Source: Vibrio alginolyticus NBRC 15630 = ATCC 17749 (GTDB lineage: Bacteria > Pseudomonadota > Gammaproteobacteria > Enterobacterales > Vibrionaceae). Taken from it: a stretch of 32,000 nt of DNA. The translations under genes were made by a program, and so were the position numbers. Position 1 is the first letter of the stretch, and every line of letters starts with the position of its first letter. The stretch is taken from NCBI RefSeq assembly GCF_000354175.2, contig NC_022349.1, positions 1,500,001 through 1,532,000 of the forward strand. The letters are read 5' to 3'. Below the pieces are notes generated by a model, which was not told the origin of the DNA, did no database searches, and worked only from the letters and a program-made list of their open reading frames with translations. Of the stretch, positions 21,741 through 28,411 are shown piece after piece.

Positions 21741-22040
21741 ATGATTGGTGATCTTTTAGCAATTTTAGGGCTCTGCTTTTTCTGTTACCTGTTTTGGCAA
21801 CAGCGTCGCCAAGCCGAACTCGCAAAAGCGGCCATCACGCGTAAATGTGAGCAATTGGATCTCCAATTAATCAGCATCGCCTTTGGTGCCCATAAACTAA
21901 AAACGCCAGACGGAGTCTGGCGTTGGCATACGGTGTATCAATTTGAGTTTTCATCTCTTGGTGACGATTGCTACCAAGGAGAGTTAACCATGGTCGGTTT
22001 CAGGCCGCAGAACTTTCACCTACCACCGCATCGCTTGTAA
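21741..22040 (+). CDS. Small membrane-anchored protein (I recall it as DUF3301-like)
   Basis: 99 aa with an N-terminal hydrophobic helix (LLAILGLCFFCYLFW). Starts 13 nt after the previous gene, so probably co-transcribed. Confidence 0.75.
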   Translation: MIGDLLAILGLCFFCYLFWQQRRQAELAKAAITRKCEQLDLQLISIAFGAHKLKTPDGVWRWHTVYQFEFSSLGDDCYQGELTMVGFRPQNFHLPPHRL

Positions 22041-22506
22041 ATTCCATTTCAAAGTAAGGACCATATATATCCTTACTTTCTTTTGTTTTAACAAATCCCA
22101 GCTTTTTCAGTACCGCCATAGAAGCTTGATGATTGCTATTCACGTTAGCTTTCACCTTATTCAAGCCCAACTCACGGCACGCTTTGGGGAAAAATGCTTT
22201 TAGTGCTTCTGTTGCTAACCCTTTACCCCAATATGATTTATCAAAAATAAACCCTAATTCAGGTTCGGAATCGAGATTAGCAATAAACACGTGCCCCATA
22301 TAGTCACGACTGGTGCTCTCTAGCACTGCCATACTATAAATGTTCTCATCATCCAGTATTTTCTCAAACATCTGTTTGGCAGACGCAACTGTATACGGAC
22401 CATTCAATTCAGCACGGTTTTTCGCACAGCAATTCAGCATGACGAATTCTAGTTGCAACGACTCATTGTAGGGTAGAAGAAGCATTCTTCTGGTTACTAT
22501 GGCCAC
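22000..22506 (-). CDS. GNAT family N-acetyltransferase (RimJ/RimL-like)
   Basis: 168 aa with the acetyl-CoA binding motif A context YWGKGLATEALKAF. The 3' end overlaps the convergent upstream gene by 41 nt. Confidence 0.85.
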   Translation of the reverse strand: MAIVTRRMLLLPYNESLQLEFVMLNCCAKNRAELNGPYTVASAKQMFEKILDDENIYSMAVLESTSRDYMGHVFIANLDSEPELGFIFDKSYWGKGLATEALKAFFPKACRELGLNKVKANVNSNHQASMAVLKKLGFVKTKESKDIYGPYFEMEFTSDAVVGESSAA

Positions 22507-22754
22507 ATCTGTTCCTTGATTACAACAAACTTAATCTATCCGCAGATCACAAACTCGATGAGCTGAACATGCTCAATGATTGCGGGCATAACACCTTGTA
22601 GAGAAGCCGAAAGTTAAACCAACTGGTTGGAAAGGATATTGATCTGAGTTGTTTTTTATTAAGTGTTATTAGGAATTTATATATTTTGTGATATTGATAT
22701 CCCCAAGCAACATCGAGATGCTTAATTCAATGAGAACACTGGATATCGTTTTTA

Positions 22755-22789
22755 TATAAGAAAGACCCCGACACATAAGTATCGGGGTC
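22755..22789 (-). terminator. Rho-independent terminator of the CsrB-like sRNA
   Basis: The minus strand reads GACCCCGA-tacttatgtg-TCGGGGTC (plus 22764-22789) followed by TTTCTTAT. Confidence 0.8.
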
Positions 22790-23162
22790 ATGGTCTTACT
22801 CGCAGCAGTCCGGCTACTAAAAGTGCTCCATGCATCATCCATAATAGTGGCTGATTCCGTCAGCTTATTCCTTACGTCGCCGTCCTAGCGGTGTCCTTAT
22901 CATCCTGACTGCTAACATTCCTCGTTAGCACACGTCACTTGTTCCTTGAGCGGTGTCCCTTGCATCTTCCTGATGCTGTCCATAACCTCAATCCTAGAGG
23001 GTCCATTGTCTATCCTTAGTCATCAACATCCTATTGATGATCGTATCCTTACAATGTCCTACGCTCCATGCTTGATTAATCATCCTGACCAACCAAATCG
23101 TCTTCCTGACGATAACCAAATCCTTGGTGCTTTCCTGTTCCATGTCTGCTTCCTGCTGACAA
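22758..23162 (-). ncRNA. csrB: CsrB-family CsrA-sequestering sRNA (~400 nt; 5' end approximate)
   Basis: By manual count, 26 GGA motifs (17 of them AGGA) lie on the minus strand between 22,790 and 23,161, and none on the plus strand. Many sit in short hairpin loops, e.g. CGTC-AGGAA-GACG, GCATC-AGGAA-GATGC, GCTAAC-GAGGAAT-GTTAGC and CATCAA-TAGGAT-GTTGATG. The RNA has a terminator at its 3' end and a promoter and GacA box upstream. The only ORF here is an antisense low-complexity 81-aa artefact. Confidence 0.88.
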
Positions 23163-23167
23163 CTCTC

Positions 23168-23195
23168 AATTTACGCCTTTTCCAAAAATAGACAA
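23168..23195 (-). promoter_or_regulatory. Candidate sigma70 promoter of csrB
   Basis: On the minus strand, -35 TTGTCT (plus 23190-23195), a 16-nt spacer and -10 TAAATT (plus 23168-23173). Predicted TSS near 23,161. Confidence 0.4.
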
Positions 23196-23319
23196 TCTAT
23201 CCAAGATAAATATTTGGCTCTCACATTGGTTAACAAGTTGTTAAATCATTATTTATCATAAACTTAAGCTCTTTATCTTCTCTTTTCCCGCTTACGAAAT
23301 CGTTTTCTCTCACAACCTA

Positions 23320-23337
23320 TGTAAGAGATCTCTCACA
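23320..23337. promoter_or_regulatory. GacA/UvrY/VarA-box upstream activating palindrome
   Basis: TGTAAGAGATCTCTCACA reads TGTGAGAGATCTCTTACA on the minus strand. It matches the TGTAAG-N6-CTTACA consensus with one mismatch and lies ~165 nt upstream of the predicted csrB TSS. Confidence 0.75.
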
Positions 23338-23416
23338 CTACACTCTCCAAAATGCCATTCGCCAAATTAGCGCACTCAACGTATGATGATAGATATATCG
23401 TTGTTAAGGATTAAAA

Positions 23417-23710
23417 ATGTTAACTCAAGACGTTACTAAAGAATTAGAAGCGGTAATGGAACAACTGCAACAACAAGGAAAAGAACCAACCGTAGCGTTA
23501 GTGAAAGCACGCTTGAAAACGCCCGTCCCAATGCCTGCATTAATCACCGCAATAAAAAGTTGGAAAAGTGCTCAGCGTGTTCCCAAGGTTGAAGTCGCAG
23601 CACAAGCGCACACCGATAATGATCGTCTTGCAGCGCTAGAAAGCACGGTGAAAAAATTAGTGGCTCGTATTGAAGAGCTAGAAGCCAAGCTAAGTGAGAA
23701 ATCATCATGA
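23417..23710 (+). CDS. Small KfrA_N-like DNA-binding protein with a C-terminal coiled coil
   Basis: 97 aa. [34 protein letters not shown] fits the KfrA N-terminal pattern G..PT...V+..L......I...I..WK. The C-terminal part is a heptad-like helix ([22 protein letters not shown]). AAGGA Shine-Dalgarno sequence upstream. Confidence 0.7.
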   Translation: MLTQDVTKELEAVMEQLQQQGKEPTVALVKARLKTPVPMPALITAIKSWKSAQRVPKVEVAAQAHTDNDRLAALESTVKKLVARIEELEAKLSEKSS

Positions 23711-24156
23711 AGTTATGGGTAGATGCAGACGCGTGTCCAAAAGTTATTCGCGAAACCATTGTGCGTGCCGCCGAGCGTACGGGGATTGAATGTACGTTTG
23801 TCGCTAACCACGTTGTCCCTGTGCCGAAAAGAGACAACATCCATTCGCTACAAGTCCCTGCGGGATTTGACATCGCAGACAACGAAATCGTCAAGCGTGT
23901 AGAAGCCAACGATTTGGTGATCACGTCAGATATTCCGCTTGCAGATGAGGTTATCTCTAAAGGCGCTCAAGCCCTCAGTTCTCGTGGCGAGCTCTATACA
24001 AAAGACACCATCAAAGCTCGCCTAAATATCCGCGACTTTATGGAAACCATGCGTTCAAGCGGAATTCAGACAGGTGGGCCCGCCGCGCTTTCTCAAACCG
24101 ATCGACGCGAATTTGCAAACCATTTGGATCGTATTTTGGCGAAATTTAAGAAGTAA
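23707..24156 (+). CDS. yaiI: YaiI/YqxD family protein (UPF0178, DUF188)
   Basis: 149 aa with the family N-terminus [14 protein letters not shown] and the VITSDIPLA block. ATGA start/stop overlap with the preceding gene. Confidence 0.85.
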   Translation: MKLWVDADACPKVIRETIVRAAERTGIECTFVANHVVPVPKRDNIHSLQVPAGFDIADNEIVKRVEANDLVITSDIPLADEVISKGAQALSSRGELYTKDTIKARLNIRDFMETMRSSGIQTGGPAALSQTDRREFANHLDRILAKFKK

Positions 24157-24174
24157 CCCTCACTCTATTCAAAT

Positions 24175-24201
24175 TGAGCCAGCAAATAAAAGCCTGGCTC
24201 A
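24175..24201 (+). terminator. Weak hairpin after yaiI (poor T-tract)
   Basis: TGAGCCAG-11 nt loop-CTGGCTCA followed by TTCCTGAAAATT. Probably a leaky terminator at best. Confidence 0.3.
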
Positions 24202-24350
24202 TTCCTGAAAATTCATTCTCAGCATTGCACCCAAAGCGTGCTCTTACTCCCATTTGTTTTGTTCTGTTTATTTTTCATCTCGCTCACCATAGCTTCAATA
24301 TGCAACGTGGTTTATTTTGAACGACGTTTTTAATAAGTGTATAGAGAATA

Positions 24351-25340
24351 ATGGGCTTTAACATCGTTTCCAGTGGAAGCTACCTGCCAACGAATCAATG
24401 GTCTGATCGAGAGATGGATCACTTCCTAAAATTAGCGCCAGGGACCTGCCGAAATAAATTCGACGTTGAATATCGTCATGTAGCCAATACAAAAGAGACC
24501 GCTATTTACATGGCGGTGCAGGCAATAGAGCAGTGTTTAGGAAACACACATACCTTAAGCTCCGTTGATCTCCTTATCTACGCTAGCGGTACACACCACC
24601 AGTCTCTACCCTACGACGCTTCAGCGGTTCTCGCCGCGTTAGACGCTCCAACATGGCTAGAAAGCTTTGATTTGAACAGCACCTGTTTATCCTTTCTCTC
24701 TGCGCTTGATCTTGCTCAGAGTCTATTCTTAGCAAAACGGTACCGTCGGATTCTTATTGTCACCAGCGAACTCGCCACTGGCATCACACTGAATCGAAAT
24801 TTTACGCTCAAACCAGAAGTTGCAACCTTATTCGCGGACGGTGCCGCCGCATTTTTGCTCGAAGAACACAACGATGATGGATTGCTCACCAGTCACTTTG
24901 AAACGCATCATACCGGGTATTCATTTTGTCAAATTAAGGGCGGAGGTAGTCATATCAATCCGCATACCTCCGAGCATCAAGCCTATTTAAAAAGTTGCCA
25001 GTTTGAGATGGAGGGCAAAGCACTCTTTAAACATGTGCGTAAAGCCTTACCAGCGTTTCTAAAAAAAGGGTTTGACGCCTCTCCGGTAACACTCGGCGAT
25101 ATTGATTATTTTCTTCCTCATCAAGCCAGCGCGCATGGATTAAAAAAACTGCCTTCACTCACCGGGCTACCAACAGAGAAAACCGTTAATCACTTTTCGA
25201 CTTTGGGAAACCAAGTCGCCGCCTCACTCCCAATTAACTTACACTGGCTGCGTAATCAGCCAGAAACCGCAGGAAAACATGTGTTATTAGCTGGCACCGC
25301 CGCAGGGTTGTCACTAGGGATGGGAGTGCTAAAACTATGA
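24351..25340 (+). CDS. FabH-like 3-oxoacyl-ACP synthase III (KAS III) family condensing enzyme
   Basis: 329 aa, collinear with FabH. N-terminus IVSSGSYLP, catalytic Cys context DLNSTCLSFLSAL, LFADGAAAFLL, His in YFLPHQAS, Asn in LGNQVAASLP. The Cys-His-Asn triad is intact. Confidence 0.9.
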   Translation: MGFNIVSSGSYLPTNQWSDREMDHFLKLAPGTCRNKFDVEYRHVANTKETAIYMAVQAIEQCLGNTHTLSSVDLLIYASGTHHQSLPYDASAVLAALDAPTWLESFDLNSTCLSFLSALDLAQSLFLAKRYRRILIVTSELATGITLNRNFTLKPEVATLFADGAAAFLLEEHNDDGLLTSHFETHHTGYSFCQIKGGGSHINPHTSEHQAYLKSCQFEMEGKALFKHVRKALPAFLKKGFDASPVTLGDIDYFLPHQASAHGLKKLPSLTGLPTEKTVNHFSTLGNQVAASLPINLHWLRNQPETAGKHVLLAGTAAGLSLGMGVLKL

Positions 25341-26323
25341 AGATATTGGTCACTGGTGGCAGCGGGATGTTGGGTAGCGCAATTCTGAGAATGTTTCACC
25401 AGCAGCATGAACTGCATTTTACAGCACGAAATACAGTCATCGCTAAACAACTCGCCGAGCAATTCGATGTTATCCCACATATAGTCGATTTAAGAGACCA
25501 CTCAGCAGTTCATGCGGTATGCCAAGGTATGGATGCAATCATCCATTGTGCCGCTCTCTCAAGCCCATGGGGAAAATGGCAGGCGTTTTATCAAGCCAAT
25601 GTAGATGCCACCAAAAACCTCGTCAATGCGGCTAATACCCATCAAATCTCGCGTTTTATCCATATTTCCTCCACCAGCGTCTACTTTGACCATCAAGACC
25701 GTTGGAATATTCGAGAAACCGGCGCCATAGCTTCATACTGGTGTAATGATTATGCACACACAAAATACCTATCGGAAATTGAAGCCGTAAAAGGCCAAAG
25801 CAAAGCGATCATTTTAAGACCGCGTGGCATTTTTGGACCCAATGATCGCGCGATTGTCCCAAGAGTGCTTAAGGCGATAAAAAACAACACTCTGCTTCTG
25901 CCATCGGGTAGAAATCCTGTGGTTGATCTGACTTATGTCGATAACGTTGCCCATGCAGCGATGCTCGCTTGCACTCAGGCAGACCGACTTCAGCATGGTG
26001 ATGTGTTCAACATTTCCAACAACGAACCAATGCCAATTGAGACTGTTCTGCAAGCTTTATGTGAGGGGTTAAACCTAAAAGTAACGTTACAATCATTACC
26101 ATATGGCGTTGTATCACCATTATTAAAGCTCAGTGAGCAAATACGAAGGCACCTACCACATCAGCCAGAACCAAGGCTCACCTCATACAGCGCAGGATTA
26201 TTTAACTATCATCAAACTCTGGATATCAGCAAGGCTAAACAAACACTGAATTATCAACCGCTTTTTTCAATTCAAGAAGGAATACAGCAGTATGCAAACT
26301 GGTCTAAAAATAAAAATCTTTGA
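25337..26323 (+). CDS. Extended-SDR NAD(P)-dependent oxidoreductase (epimerase/dehydratase, 3beta-HSD-like)
   Basis: 328 aa with Rossmann motif ILVTGGSGMLGS, DAIIHCAAL, catalytic YAHTKYLSE (YxxxK) and ILRPRGIFGP. ATGA overlap with the upstream gene. Confidence 0.9.
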   Translation: MKILVTGGSGMLGSAILRMFHQQHELHFTARNTVIAKQLAEQFDVIPHIVDLRDHSAVHAVCQGMDAIIHCAALSSPWGKWQAFYQANVDATKNLVNAANTHQISRFIHISSTSVYFDHQDRWNIRETGAIASYWCNDYAHTKYLSEIEAVKGQSKAIILRPRGIFGPNDRAIVPRVLKAIKNNTLLLPSGRNPVVDLTYVDNVAHAAMLACTQADRLQHGDVFNISNNEPMPIETVLQALCEGLNLKVTLQSLPYGVVSPLLKLSEQIRRHLPHQPEPRLTSYSAGLFNYHQTLDISKAKQTLNYQPLFSIQEGIQQYANWSKNKNL

Positions 26324-27155
26324 GGCTGGACACTGCGTACACCCAGGCTTTGTTGTCAAACCAGGTTCTGGTATCAAGCCTAGAGCATTTCCGGCAGCCG
26401 TTGCGTTAATTCAGCACCCAACACAAGGCAACATCCTGTTTGACACGGGATATCACGAGCATTTTTTTAGCGCGACTCGTCCCTTCCCTGAACGTTTTTA
26501 TGCTTGGACAACACCTTGTCGCTATAAAAAAGAACACGGAATTGTTGCGCAGTTAGCAAAAGAAAGTCTCAAACCTCATGATATTGAACACTTAGTGCTC
26601 TCCCACTTCCATGCTGATCACATTGCGGCCGTGTCTGAGTTTTCCCACTCTCAATTGCATTGCCAACAAAAAGGGGTGGATGCAATTACTAAAAGTGGTC
26701 GAATTGGAGGCGTAAGAAAAGGATACCTAAAAGCTCTACTTCCTCCACAACTTGAATCTAACTTATTCATTCATAGTGATTTTTCTGTATCAATCAGCCA
26801 AATTCTTCCTCAGTGCCAAGGTGTTAATTTGCTCTGTAAAGACATGTTCGACGATGGATTTATTTATATGGTTAGCTTGCCAGGCCATGCAGCTGGCCAA
26901 GTGGGCTTGCTGGTTAAAAGAGACCAAGGTTGGCTGTTCTTACTCGCCGATGCATGCTGGTTAATCGAGAGCTTGAGTGAAAATATCGATCAACATTGGC
27001 TGGCGAACATGCTTTGCGATGATACAAAAGCCTACAAAAACACCCTCTCCGAGTTGAGAAGTTGCTACCAACAAACCCACCACTTTGTTCGCTTCGTGCC
27101 TTCACATTGTCAGGAAACTATCCAGCAGCTAATCAAAGAAGGATGGATGAAGTGA
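26292..27155 (+). CDS. MBL-fold metallo-hydrolase (lactonase or thioesterase-like)
   Basis: 287 aa with HxHxDH (LSHFHADHIAA), a later His in LPGHAAGQ, Asp in LLADACW and a distal His in VPSHCQE. The only ATG start gives a 32-nt overlap with the SDR gene. Confidence 0.88.
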   Translation: MQTGLKIKIFEAGHCVHPGFVVKPGSGIKPRAFPAAVALIQHPTQGNILFDTGYHEHFFSATRPFPERFYAWTTPCRYKKEHGIVAQLAKESLKPHDIEHLVLSHFHADHIAAVSEFSHSQLHCQQKGVDAITKSGRIGGVRKGYLKALLPPQLESNLFIHSDFSVSISQILPQCQGVNLLCKDMFDDGFIYMVSLPGHAAGQVGLLVKRDQGWLFLLADACWLIESLSENIDQHWLANMLCDDTKAYKNTLSELRSCYQQTHHFVRFVPSHCQETIQQLIKEGWMK

Positions 27156-28411
27156 GAACGCTTATCTCAGAATTCTGGCGAACCCGCTACCGCCCCTTCG
27201 GCTCAAGGGAACAAGTCGAAACATGGCAGCAACAACACTTAACGCAACACTTGGATTGGGTATGCCGCCATTCACCGTATTACCGCTCACTTCAAGGTGC
27301 ACCACTCAGTGATTTCCCTATCATGAATAAGCAAACCATGATGGAGAACCTTTCAGAGTTGAATACGAAGGGCTTAGATGCTGAACAGTTAATGCAGCAG
27401 GCACTCAAAGCAGAGCAGTCACGCAACTTTGCCGCTTCGAAAGTTGGCGATGTTACGGTTGGGCTTTCTTCGGGCACATCAGGCATGCGCGGGCTGTTTC
27501 TTGCTGACAAACAGGAAACGCAACTGTGGGCTGGCAATATATTGGCTCGCCTGTTGCCCAACCTATGGCAAAAGCACCGAATTGCGCTAGCCTTGCGCGC
27601 CAACAGCCCACTGTATAAATCCGTCGCGAAAGGCCCTGTCACATTCTTTTATGCGGATTTAACTAAACCTTACCAAGAATGGATAAAAGAATTGGATGAG
27701 TTCCAACCCACGCTTTTGGTTGGTAGTGCGCAAGCTCTTCAGCTCTGCGCCCAGTTCAGCGGTCAATTTGGTCAACCCGCAATTCAACCACAGCGGATCA
27801 TTTCTGGTGCAGAAGTCCTAACTGAGAGTGACCGTCACTTTATTTCTCAACGGTTCGACAGCGAACTCCATGAAGTCTATCAATGTACCGAAGGTTTTCT
27901 TGCATGTACTGAACAGCATGGACAAATGCGCTGGAATCAAGATGTTGTTTACATCGAAAAACATTGGCTGAATACCGAACGTACTCATTACAGCCCAATT
28001 ATCACCGATTTTCGTCGTAAAACTCAGCCCATTATTCGTTATCAGCTCGACGATATTATTGAGAATAAACAGGATAATGGCGTATTTGAACCTCTTGGCG
28101 CGATTGCCGGACGATGTGGTGATCGCCTCACGCTAAACGCAAACCACGTCCCAGTGACGGTGTTACCAGATCTCATCTACCGCGCTATAACACTATCCGC
28201 CCAAAGTCGCGTGGATTACCGAATCACCCAAACAGGGTCACAAGCCATTCAAATTGAAGCGGATGTTCACCACCATCGGGTTATACATCAAGCCTTGATA
28301 AAGTTGTTTGACCAATTGCGGCTTGATCCTGTCAGATTTAGTTACCGCCCTGCGCCTATTTGGACGCCAATGAATAAACAACGACGTGTGGTGAACATAT
28401 GCGGGTCTTAA
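27143..28411 (+). CDS. F390 synthetase-related / PaaK-like adenylate-forming enzyme
   Basis: ORF-track start 27062 trimmed to the ATG at 27143 (MDEVRTLISEFWRTRY...). An alternative is GTG 27152, which forms a GTGA overlap with the upstream stop. ANL motifs are GLSSGTSGMRGLF (P-loop-like) and YQCTEG. Confidence 0.85.
   Translation: MDEVRTLISEFWRTRYRPFGSREQVETWQQQHLTQHLDWVCRHSPYYRSLQGAPLSDFPIMNKQTMMENLSELNTKGLDAEQLMQQALKAEQSRNFAASKVGDVTVGLSSGTSGMRGLFLADKQETQLWAGNILARLLPNLWQKHRIALALRANSPLYKSVAKGPVTFFYADLTKPYQEWIKELDEFQPTLLVGSAQALQLCAQFSGQFGQPAIQPQRIISGAEVLTESDRHFISQRFDSELHEVYQCTEGFLACTEQHGQMRWNQDVVYIEKHWLNTERTHYSPIITDFRRKTQPIIRYQLDDIIENKQDNGVFEPLGAIAGRCGDRLTLNANHVPVTVLPDLIYRAITLSAQSRVDYRITQTGSQAIQIEADVHHHRVIHQALIKLFDQLRLDPVRFSYRPAPIWTPMNKQRRVVNICGS

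Noticed and set aside
22946-23191. 81-aa plus-strand ORF (MSGVPCIFLMLSITSILEGPLSILSHQHP...)
   Set aside because: It lies entirely antisense to the CsrB-like sRNA. Its Leu/Ser/Pro-rich, low-complexity composition follows from translating repeated TCCT and CATCCTG motifs. It has no Shine-Dalgarno sequence and no recognisable fold.
23544-23924. 126-aa minus-strand ORF spanning the KfrA_N-like/yaiI junction
   Set aside because: It is antisense to two plus-strand genes that have family-specific motifs and an ATGA coupling. It has no motif of its own.
24300-24320. 6-codon mini-ORF (ATG CAA CGT GGT TTA TTT TGA) upstream of the operon as a leader peptide
   Set aside because: It has no Shine-Dalgarno sequence and no attenuator structure coupled to it. 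It also overlaps the putative -35 element, so it most likely arose by chance.
22758-24351. Idea that proximity to csrB means the operon is a direct CsrA target
   Set aside because: I find no GGA or AGGA motif on the plus strand in the 24157-24350 leader or around the first start codon, which is where CsrA normally binds. Adjacency alone is not evidence. RNA-seq in csrA or varA mutants could still test this.
24351-25340. Treating the KAS III-like gene as the housekeeping fabH
   Set aside because: Housekeeping fabH normally sits in the plsX-fabH-fabD-fabG-acpP cluster. This copy is ATGA-coupled to non-FAS enzymes and diverges around the active-site Cys (NSTCLSF versus the FabH AAACAGF).
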